A stretch of DNA of 63,993 bases, the filler included, from Globobulimina sp. (lineage: Eukaryota), in assembly GCA_003354225.1 (NCBI GenBank). It is 8 parts of 8 records of this genome, joined end to end, with 100 filler letters (N's around TTAATTAATTAA, not from the genome) between each part and the next. Parts side by side here need not be neighbours in the genome. Positions count along the whole stretch, not along the records: positions 1 to 7,970 come from PIVH01000104.1; positions 8,071 to 16,031 come from PIVH01000105.1; 6 more parts are not named here. One strand, written 5' to 3'. The notes beneath the pieces are model-generated. The model was not told where the DNA came from. It made no database searches and worked only from the letters and a program-made list of their open reading frames with translations. A program made the translations under genes and the position numbers. Shown piece after piece: positions 1 to 11,300 of the stretch (positions are counted from its first letter, which is position 1; each line of letters opens with the position of its first letter).

Positions 1-3000
1 TGCAATCGAAATAGAATAACGGCTCAAAAAAGACCTGGAAGTTCTGCATCGAGGCTTTGATGGTGATTCCCTGAATGCGCGTGGTCACAAAGCCGCCCAT
101 CAGCAACTTTTCGTCCTCCACGGCGTAGCTGGACAGCCACGAACAATCCCAGATCCTCAGATGACTGCTATGCCAATGTCCGTCATTGTTCAACACGATA
201 ATGATGCCGTCGTCGGTCGCGAAGTTGTTGGCCACCTCAATGCGGCTCGAAGTCGACGTGGGAGCACAGATTCTGATGTTGAACTCGGGCATAACTAATA
301 CCACCGACATGCCACAGAAAAATGGCCCTCGAATGCGGTTGTTTTCAGCGTTCCAAATCTCTTCGTCGGTCTCCCTTTGTTCCCAGCCGCGGTTTCCATA
401 TAATTCCACTGTTTCACGCAACGTTTTTGACCAGTTTGCGAACTCTCGATTGCGAGTTTTGGTCACAACGATGGATTCGAACGCCTTGGCTTTGCGGAAT
501 GTGGCCGAGAACGCGGTGCTTAAATCGCTCCAATCGCAGTATAATGTCACTGCAAATAAATGGCACACTGACAAGTATGAACCATGCCGGATGCCGTAAC
601 GCAAAAAGGCATTTTCTTCAGCTCGGATTTTTTTAATTGACTTTGACGACATGTAATTAGTACTTTTCTTCCACGAAGCCTTGAATTGATCGATGTTGAG
701 ATTACAAATCTTGTTATTGAATATTTCGTGTTTCATGCTTTTATATTTCAATGGAATGTATAATTCATGCACTTGATAGCCAGAGTGGCAGTTTTTATTT
801 TGAAAATACTCCTTTTCTGTGTCCAATTTATGTTTATAATACTCCCAATAATAGAATCTGTAGCCAATACTGAACGACGTATCCCGCACTTTCACGCATT
901 TCCTGCAATACACTACGCAGTCAACCATTTGTCTGCGATTTTGCTGCACAAATAGTGCTACATTGCAAACCACGGCATCATCCTCAATGTCTTCGAATAG
1001 TGCGTCCGTATCATACTCCTCAAAGTATAAAAAGTCGTACATTGTTTGAATAGTATGCCTGGCGATGTTTTCTTCAATCATATAATCCAACATTCCGCCA
1101 ATGAATGTGGCTAAATTTACAATTATTTGACACTTATTATACGCACTCAAATAATATACGTACCTGAATAATATGCCGTATTATTGATATTGAACTTGTT
1201 TTTATGCTGTACATGTTTTGCCTTTTTAACAGAAACGGCTTTCTTCAACATATCCGGATCATTTTTCCTGTTGTTGGCCACTGCCAATCCAATGTCGTGG
1301 AGATGATACGTATAACAATGAACAGAATCCATGATATCTTGGAAAAAAGTAAACTCTGCAATGTCCTCGACATCATTGCCTTTGGTCTCTATCCCGGATC
1401 GATGCTCTTTGTAATCACGGTCGCTGTGATACCGCTGCAACGACAAACAATCCTTAATCGAACAGGCAGCAAACTTGTGCATTAGACCTAGCTCTTTATT
1501 ATGATGCGTGATGACATGAATATGGTCATCCAGCAAAGTCTGATGTTTCTGCATAAAATACTGGACCAATTTTATTTGCTTGGTGAGCTTCCAATGCTTT
1601 TTGTTCATTGATTCATAAATCTCCAATGAATGCATCACTCTTTTACTGTATTCGCACTTTGTCAGTGATGTCTTGCCGCGACATTCCTGCGCATGCACTG
1701 CGAGTCCACGCCCTCGAATTCTTTGTTGGTTCAGTTGCAATTCAGGAAAACTTTCCGGCGCAACACTATAATTTGCGACCAAACGCGGCGAAAAATCACC
1801 GATTACGTTGTCATCATTGTTTTTAAATTCAGCGTCGTATTTATGTTCCTCCGACACACGGATTAATTGCTTATATTGCTTACTTTTATGGCGTTCAATG
1901 TCGTCGAACTTTTCATAGATTTGCACCATTCTTTGCAGTATAATTATTTCCGTAGCATTACCGTAAAACAATTGAGGTAAATCGAAACCTATTCCAATGA
2001 GAATCTGCCTCGCTGCTAATATATCAGTCGAGTATATTTTCATTGCGCCAATTTTCATGATTCTTCGTAACATAAATTCATAGTCAGCAGCAATCATAAA
2101 GTCCAGCGATTTTAACTTATTTAAAATTATAAATTGCTGGTGGAACATTTGTTGTTTCTGCATCGAAGCCACACAATTCCACCACAATCGGTTCAATTCA
2201 TTGTACATACTTTCTAATGTTCGCGTGGATAATGCCATTTTATTCACTTCCAACTGTCCTTTCTTAAATCGCTCAATCCATCCGAATCGCGCATAGAGCG
2301 AATTAATTCGGGTCAGTATTTGGATGGTTATGGATTGATTCCACATATGGTTCAAAGCCAAGGTCAGCCCCAATGCTTCCAACACTTTGATGGGTACCAA
2401 TTTGTCGTCAAATCCGACCACATTTCGCATCCGCACACTTAACTTGTTATAACTTCCGCGATTACACAACAAGTCAATGGCGCATAACGCATCCAGCTGC
2501 ATTATATTCACTGGCGCTGTAAACAATGGATCCGTATACATCAACGCTATGGTTCCCCGCCACAGCTTCTGTAAAATCGCCAATTTAGCCAATAATTCAA
2601 TTTTATAATCCAGGCATCGCAGTGCAATCTCGATTATATTCGTATGTCGATATTTCAATTGCAACTGTCTCGAGGTAGTGTTGCTGACATCTTCAAAACC
2701 GATTGCTTGCATAATCAGCATCGCTCCGGGAATGGCCATCAATCTGTCATGGGTCATGTCGTTGTTTAAGTCAATTGTTTTGTATTTATCCTCGATATCA
2801 TTTGCTTGGCGGCCGGCTTTCTTGACAGTGACCCGCAGTGTTTTTAATCTCTTTAATCTATATTCAGGATCATTGGCGTCCACACACCAATAAATAGCAT
2901 CTATTAATATGTCCCAATGCGCTCCGTCTAACAATTTAAAGTACATTTGTTGCGGTGGTTTGGTGGATAGCACCTTTATAAAGTCCTCGCTCCCGGCACA

Positions 3001-3993
3001 CGCATTTTGTGTGTAATCATACTCAGAATATTCAATTTCAACCGGTAACTGTGGTAATTCTGCACTCTGGTAATCAGACTCTGGTAATTCTGCAGGAAGC
3101 TGTCCCATTTTTTCATCCTCTCGATCTTCGTCAATGTCGTCGTCATATTTGTGTTCATATACTTGCGCAGAATTGGACGGTGTGGACGAATATGTATTTA
3201 ACCACACCTTTTGCTTAAAACGTTCAATTTTATTAAACATGTCATATATTTGACCGATATAATCCAATATAATCTTTTTATTTTTATCATTTTGCGCCAC
3301 TGCGACGGAGACATTAATTGATTTAAATCCAATGCTTTGCAGTGTTTTAATAGCCAAAGCTCGTCGAGATTTTATGTGCGTTATAGGAAGATCTAACAAT
3401 TTGGTCAAAATAAAGTAATAATCGTAATAATTAGTATCAAAATTTAATTGATAGAAAATGTCTTGTTTATTATACTCTTTTTCGTGCTTCATTAACGACA
3501 TACATTTCAGCCATAACTTGCTGAGCGACTTATACATTTTTAAAATTTCGATTTTGTTGCTGATGCTGGTCGATGCCACAATGATTATCCCCTCGTCGGC
3601 TTCCATCATAATTATTTCGCCATCGATTGCCATAAATCCTATCGCCTGAAAAAATTCTAAACACCCTGTAATTGCCATATATTTACAGAATGGTTGCTGG
3701 GTCAACGCAAATCGCCGGAATTGTGGCTGTGGTATCAACGAATCCAACGTTAATTGTTTTATTGTCTGTAGAAATTCTATTTTATTGTTACTAACCATAT
3801 TTTGTAGGATAAAATCGGTTATAATGGACCAACTTTTTTCTTTTAATAACATTGATGGATTATTTTCTCGAATCTGTCTGAATCTGCTTAGGCCATTTTC
3901 TTGGCGATCGAACATCTCTCGCGATGTCACGCTTCCTGCGGATGGAATAATGCTGATGTTCGCCACGTTTCCATTGTATGTTAACTGGGCCAT
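1..3993 (-). CDS. PUB-domain protein with C-terminal ADP-ribosyltransferase-like domain; exons 3993-1164 and 1110-1, 3' partial
   Basis: Exon 1 has two PUB-like motifs (QFRRFALTQQPF..ITGCLEFFQAIGF; KYKTIDLNN..IPGAMLIMQAIGF). A 53-nt intron GTACGT..TTTAG (1163-1111, phase 1) joins it to a stop-free frame running off the window edge, which the ORF track misses. That frame encodes PFFCGMS..APTSTS..VANNFA..GIII..WLSSYAVEDEKLLMGG. Confidence 0.75.
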
Positions 3994-4295
3994 AGGTTGT
4001 TGGCCTTATGATGGTCACATGGTTGGAAATAGTTTTTGATGAATAGAACAGTATAAGCAAGGTTTTGAATGGTTGAAAAACTGCTGTTGGGAAACACTTT
4101 TCTCTTGAAATTGTAAATAATACATATCCTTGCACTGTATGTAAATCTCCATAGGATTTTAAATTGTTTAAACAAGTATACACACAAACTTTTTTCAACA
4201 ACACACAAACTCAAAATAAACAGATCCGCTGCGAATATGATTTTTATTGATACGTCAACTGATTTTCAATATTGTTTTGATGTAATGTTATTTAC

Positions 4296-6784
4296 TTATT
4301 TACTCATTCTGGATACCGTATTCATAGATAGCTGTTTCTCTATTTTCTTTTTTGTATATAAATCAACATCACTTCTTTCCAGTGGATATCTTGTAAATTT
4401 ATATATTCTTAAACCATAAAACAATGTCCATACCACAGATAGAGCCATAATCATCGCAACTGCTTCAATCGTAACAAGAATCATTGTATCATCAACAACC
4501 AATTTGAATATAACAACGACCATAAACACAAATAATGAGAAAAAAGAACCAAAATACGCACACTTGGACTCTTTGAATAATTTATGAGATTTCCTATTTT
4601 TAAAAGAGAAAAAGCATAAAATCATAATTAATCCAAATATATACAAATAATTTCCTAATTGAACATATATGACAGGATCTGACTGATTGCAAACTGTTTC
4701 GATTCGAGTGTATTCTTCCAAATATATATCAGATACGCCTCCATTCGTTGCATGCAATATTGTGTACAATGAACAGATACAACATTCGATAATTACTGCA
4801 GTCAGCAAGTAAACCAACAATTTGCTATCCGGAATTTCAGTTTTTTTTAAATTTTGCGCATCTGAAAATATGAGAGCGACTCTATAGGTCTTGCATAATG
4901 GCGCCATGATAGTTAATATCGCACCCAATCCATAGCAATAATTGCGTACATTGCAACTGATGTCATTTAATGGGTGATTCAAATAACACATTGTTCCGAC
5001 ACATAATAATATTAAGCCCACGGAAAATAAAGTGGTCATTTTCGCACTCAAAGCTTTAACGGTTTTATATTTCTGATTGAGCCAAAGCCAGACCATGGAT
5101 AATAATAAGATGAGGATGCAAATGATCAATAATATCGAAAACAGAGCATAGAGAGGTGTCGAAAATTTAAATTGTTTGAATACAATTTGACAGCCATCGC
5201 CATTGAAACCTGCAAAACATTGACATTTTTGTTTGGAAATATCACACATTCCATTACCACCACATTGCTCAAAATAATATGTGCCATTTTTGGAATTATA
5301 AAAGGGACCAAGCAGTCCATCACAATGTGTTCGACAGTCATCGCCTGCCAAATATTTATTGGTGCAAATGCATTCTGGTTTAGATGACGAATTGGCGCAA
5401 TATCCACCAATGTTATTCACCACTGTCTCATTATAATAATATGCAAAGCCACAGCCACTAAATCCGCTGCAATCATAACGTATTATTTCCTGCTCAAAAG
5501 TGCTGACAAAATCGCTTTCCTTTAAAAACTGACAAGCGGCATCCAACCATTTCTCATGTGATGATATTTGAGTGTCATTAAATGTTTCGTCCAATACTTT
5601 TCTGTGAGAAAGTATACCATTTAAGTCCTCTGCCAACAGCGTAAAATCGTATAAAAACAAAAGGATTTCAGGTAATTGTCGAGCCAATAAAGGGTTTCCT
5701 AATTTGAACAAAGGGACTAAAGGCTCTCTGCATTGATGTCTCAGATAACAGGAAGCCTCGCGACTGTTATCTGTATTTCTGTGAATAAAAATGTGTTCAA
5801 ACCGCATATATTTCCCCGTCCGTTTGGAGACTGTGGCAAAATCTCGATGGGGAAAGTAAATATTTGCAATAAATGGCTGCTTATTTTCATACAAATCAAT
5901 TACAAATTCACTTAACACTGCTTCCGATAATAATGGACAAAATATCCAATCCAATCCGGGTTCTGAGTCATTATAAATCTCAAAATATTGCAATACATTT
6001 TGCGTATATGTCGACATGATGTAAGTCATGGAACTGCCAAATATTATGGGTTTGTCATAGGTCGGCAAAGAATAACTTTGATTCAAATAAGCTGCCAATG
6101 TGGCATTATCTGCGTATAATGTGTCATTTAAATATTTCACCCAATCTCGACCGCTGTGGCTGTTTATTGTATAGCCATCGATGAATTTTTGTCTTAACAC
6201 ATTATTATACTTCATTTGGCTCGGAATGCTTCCTTCGATCAACTCGTCGTAAACATCTGTGCAAAGAACATGGATATAAAGACACGGCAAAGTCAAACAA
6301 CATAGATAAAGAGATACAGATACAAACAATCGGGAACATATTGGCCCATTCCACCATAAATGCCACTGATTCCGCCATAAAGTACAGAGCCATCGTCATA
6401 ATATTCGTCTATTTCATGCAAACCAGTTGGCCATTGTTCTAACAATAAGTCATAATTATTGTCGGCCATCTCTTGCCAATAAAAGACAGGATACGTCGGA
6501 TACGAAGATAAATCATCCAATGTGAGTCCAGTTGATAGTTTGGGAAAGAATTCAACATTTAAACCGATTTTCTCTTTCAAATATAAATAACCAACATATT
6601 GCAATGCCCATTGTGAGTCCCAAAATCCTTGAATGAAGCGGATTGTTTGCAAGTGTTCCATCGTCTTGTTACTATTGTGAAATACTAAAGTTTTCCTTTG
6701 GGATTCTGGCCAACAATGAAATTCTTCACTCATCGCACCAAGAAAACTTACCACAAACAACAACAAAAAAGTGGTTGCCATCAT
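4296..6784 (-). CDS. Class C (GABA-B-like) 7TM receptor with solute-binding ectodomain and EGF-like repeats; exons 6784-6328 and 6256-4296
   Basis: Signal peptide; 71-nt intron GTTTGT..CACAG (6327-6257) restores the frame (YVPDYVYDEL). EGF-like Cys motifs (CQCFAGFNGDGC) and seven hydrophobic helices with class C motifs KTYRVALIF and FKESK. Confidence 0.8.
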
Positions 6785-7042
6785 TTAACTTAAACTAAAA
6801 GTTTTGGATTTATTTCTTAAAAAAATGGGAGGTTTCTTTACAAAAAATATCGAAGAAGAGAGAAAATAAGAATACTACAGCTGCGATGTTATGTTTTGAC
6901 GTTTTTTTAAAGTGAGCTCGAGCTAGTCATCTTTTAAGTTAATGACAACGTGAAAGAATTTTATTCATATTGTTTTTTTTCCTAATTTATATATCACCTT
7001 AAATTGACGCTATATATAAATCATTGTTATCGAAATTATCAA

Positions 7043-7756
7043 ATGGAGTTTAGTTCACTATCGATAGTTTTGAATGTATTATTTTATGTATCATTGTCTG
7101 CAGACTCATTGCCAGATTGCAGAGGCGTATTTGAAGAGGTGCAGTATAAACCGCTTTTAGTGTTTGATGTTTGCGTTGCTTCGTATTTCAATTATACACT
7201 AACATCCAGAATGTATAAATGTGACAATATAAATAACCGTGTTGTTGAAGTCGAATATGATGGAGAATTCTGTGACGATGAAAAAATAATATCTGTGGAA
7301 TCTCTTGGCATTTCAAGAACATATCCATTTGTAAACTGTGATTCGCCGCATATTTGTCACTATGCCAAAACCAGATCGCATGCCACTGAAATTAGTGATG
7401 ACTGTGTTGCCAAAACACATGAATGGTTTGAGAAACTCTATCCTGTCGATTGGTGTTATTCTTACAATTATGGCACATCCACAGAGATTACATGCAATAA
7501 AGATGTTATTACATCAACAACGTTGCTAAATAATGAAATAGTAATAGTCTCGGATGTTATCGCAAATTGTGACGTTGGCTCTTTTTTTCAGCAATATGTT
7601 GTTGTTCAGGATGGACAGTGTGAATTTGTCGAAGAATATGATAGCGATTATCCGTTTTATACTGAAATTGAGGAATGTTATCCAAGTAACTCTCTGCAAT
7701 TTGCTGTTGTAATGTCAATTGTATTTGTATTATTAGTAAATGTATTATTTATTTGA
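7043..7756 (+). CDS. Secreted cysteine-rich protein, probably GPI- or C-terminally anchored, with internal two-fold repeat
   Basis: N-terminal signal peptide, many Cys, repeated C..Y.Y..S....C pattern and a hydrophobic C-terminal tail. Confidence 0.6.
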   Translation: MEFSSLSIVLNVLFYVSLSADSLPDCRGVFEEVQYKPLLVFDVCVASYFNYTLTSRMYKCDNINNRVVEVEYDGEFCDDEKIISVESLGISRTYPFVNCDSPHICHYAKTRSHATEISDDCVAKTHEWFEKLYPVDWCYSYNYGTSTEITCNKDVITSTTLLNNEIVIVSDVIANCDVGSFFQQYVVVQDGQCEFVEEYDSDYPFYTEIEECYPSNSLQFAVVMSIVFVLLVNVLFI

Positions 7757-7970
7757 CCTCTCAAAACGTTTGGTTCTCAGCAATCGGATTCTGACATTCG
7801 TCAACAACAAAACTAATATTTCCTGATTTCATCTGTATTTTCTAATTTTTTTCTAAATATGCTGCCGCGAGCAACATTTGCGCGAACTTTCCCATCGTGC
7901 AGCTACTGATCGTTACTGATTTTGTACAAATAAATCGTTTCTATTTCAGCGGATCTTATAAAATATAAAA

Positions 7971-8070
7971 NNNNNNNNNNNNNNNNNNNNNNNNNNNNNN
8001 NNNNNNNNNNNNNNTTAATTAATTAANNNNNNNNNNNNNNNNNNNNNNNNNNNNNNNNNNNNNNNNNNNN
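7971..8070. other. Artificial contig linker
   Basis: 44 N + TTAATTAATTAA (stops in all six frames) + 44 N. Confidence 0.98.
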
Positions 8071-8379
8071 TAATGAGACCATTATTTATCTGCACAGTGG
8101 ATTTGGAGTTGGCCTCAACAATTCATCACGATATGCAACCCCACAGCACTAGTCTCCTGGACAACTTGCTTCAGCACTACGCCATTCATTCAATTAAATA
8201 TCATTCATTCGATAAAACTTGAAATTGTAAAATTATTTATTTTTTTAAAAACTCGAAAATATAATTATAAACGCAATACAAAAAAATACATCAATACAAT
8301 ATACTTCAATTAATACAAAAAATAATACGAAATGATAAAATTTTGTTAGTAACATAAAATTTGTAATACAATTCGATAA

Positions 8380-11300
8380 CTATTTTGACTGACAATTAGG
8401 ACCTTGTGGCTTGCCCTTGTTTGCACCACGTCCTCTACGTCCACGTTGTTGTCTATTGTTTGGTCGATTTTGTATTGCTACTCTTGGAGTGGCTGACATT
8501 TCTCCTCCATTAGCTTGTACTTCAATATTTGCTCCCATAGGTGGTTCTTTAATCACGATGGTTCCATCAGCTTTGACATATCCATACACTTGATAATTTG
8601 GACCCAAGTCTTTTCCATTGTAACTTCTACGATAATCTTGTACCAATGATAATGGTACATTCGGCCAAGCTTGAGCGTCGGTAATTGGTGTTCCTTTATT
8701 TTCAAAAAATCGCCTCTTACTTGCACCACGAGTAAGTTCTCGCATCACTTGTTCGGTAATGTTTTGGGTTGCTGGTTCTTCCTCTCTGTTGTATCGACTA
8801 CTGTATGGACATGGTTTGTATTCTGAACAGTCTTGACACATCCATTCTGCATTCGGATCTCTACAGAATTCCACAGCTGGCCATGATGCTGCTGTCATAG
8901 TTTCAGTTTCATCAGTTCCTTCTGCTTGTGCCCCATTCCTTCGTTGTTGAATCTGTCTTTCACCTTCTCTTTGTGCTCTTCTTTGAAATTCTCGTACTGC
9001 TGACATGGGGACATCTGGCCATGCTTGTTCGTCCGTGATTTGATATCCCTGATTTGCAAATGATTGTTTCCGGTTCATCCCCCGACGAATTTCTCGTATT
9101 TGTTCTGATGATAACAATGGTACCTCTTGTAACTCCGGTATTGAATCATCCGAGTCACTTGGTTGTTCAATTTGGCGTTCTGGACATAATTGACGCCAAT
9201 GACCAGGAATATTGCAAGTATGACAAACATAATTTTCACCTGGAATCGAATTTGTTACATGACGTTGATTATTTATTGCTTGGAATCCCGACGTTATGGA
9301 TAATGGAGTCATTGCTTGAGCCTCTTGAGCTGCACGATTAGCTTGACGTTGCGCATACCTTTGCATTTGACCTTCTCTCACCCTTCGTCTTTGTTCTTCT
9401 TCCCCAATTAACCCTCTTGGCCCTTGCAGATTATTACGTTCTTCTTCCTCTGCTGCTACTTCGGCAGCCAGACATTCAATTGCGCTACTGACTGTGTCTC
9501 CTGCTGCATTTGTCCATGCAATTGCTCCTTGTGGTCTTTCACCATCTTCATCATATCCAATACCATTCAATACTTGTCTTCTAATTGTTGCATCAGCCGT
9601 TATTGGTACTGGTTGTACTTCTCTTTCCACTGATGGTGTCGTCACATCGATAGTTGGTCTTTCTGCCGGTAAAATGCGTCGTCTAGTTGGTCGTTCCGCT
9701 TCTCGTACCGCTGGTGGTCTTTCTGGTTCATCACGAAAGAATCCTACTTCTGGTGCTAATCGTCTTCTATTACGATTCAACAATGTGTCAATATGAATAA
9801 CACGATTGCCAGCAATTGGTACCTCTGCTTCGGAGACTGCTTCTAACATTGTAAACAATGTTTGTTGATAATAATCTCGGGATGCTTGAGTGAAGAGTCT
9901 ATACTTCCCTGGTAATACCAAAGCAAGGGCAGTGAGTGATGCTACTGTTTCTTTCAATTGTTGGCGTCGTGCTTCATTTTGTTCAGCATCTGGATTACCT
10001 TCCGTTTGTGTACTTCCAACTTTTTGTTTCTGTTTCTTTTTCTCATGCCTGTTCTTAGCTCCATTCTTAATCCGGTCAATATTATTCAAATCCCTTGGTG
10101 ATAAATGGTCGGATTCATCTTCACTTTCTTCACCATCCTGCTGAAGTCCAGGCATCTCTGGCCATGCTGCTGCATAGCTGGCAGCTGTACATTTGGCACG
10201 TGATCGTCCTAATGGATGTGTTTGTCCAAAAACATTAATAGTTGAATTACGAAAATCAAAACTAACCTCGTGACGTTCCATAAAATCCACACCCAAAATG
10301 AGCAATGGCAATCGGGGATCATCCGGTACAACATGTACTGTTTGCTCAAATTTCTTGCCGCCGATAGAAAAAACCATAACCAATTTACCCAAAATTTTAA
10401 TAGAGCCGCCAAATCCAGCCATTTTATTATGATGACAAATACGCAATTCTGACATAGGAATGCGGGCAAATTTGCAAACTGACTCTTGTGCAATAGTGAG
10501 CCCAGAGCCCGTATCAGCTAGCGCTGCTAATTGACATACTGGTATGCGCTGCCGAAGCAAGTAGAGCGCCAACTCCATAGGTTGTAACACAATAACGGAC
10601 TTGGGGTCAACTTCCTCGTCGGGTACCATAGTCAACACTTTTGCATTCATAGTATCCTTGTCCAACCGATTTGGTCGAACTGCACGTAACTCTGGGACCG
10701 GGGAAACAAGCTTGTTAGATATCCAAGCATTTTTAACACACTCAACCTTAGGTGATACAGATCGATTACTTGAAACATTTAACTTGGGGGCAACTGGGAT
10801 GGGTACACCTTGGTTATTAATAACCTTACACCTTTGGTCCTTATGTAAGCCATTTTCACCTACTGTATGTACACTACTCGTTGCACTCGTGCTTTCGCCG
10901 GTCATTTTGGCATAGCACAACCCAAAATTATCTGTTGGTTGACTCCTATCATTAACTGTGTTAAGCACGCCCGGTTCTACTACTTTAGGTGTTTCAATAG
11001 GCTCTGTCTCGAGTCTAGACACCATTGCATTATAATTATTTACTTGTAATTGAGTCAATGCTAATACTTCCGCAATATGAATTCTCTCATACCTTTCGTC
11101 CTCCATTTGTTGTTTCATATCATAATACCTCCAAGTGTCATAATCGGCTTTCAGTTCAGGCTGCTCCATCGTTGGCGTCAAATCGGGTCCTTCTGTTGGC
11201 AAGTTGTCCCAATTTTCAATAGGATATGCTCTTCCTGTCTTCTTTGCCCATTGAGATAACAAATTCAAATATTTTTGTGGTCCTTCCCCTTTAATCATTT

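Noticed and set aside
186-955. Plus-strand ORFs 186-599, 322-636 and 767-955
   Set aside because: Antisense shadows of the ART-like exon on the - strand.
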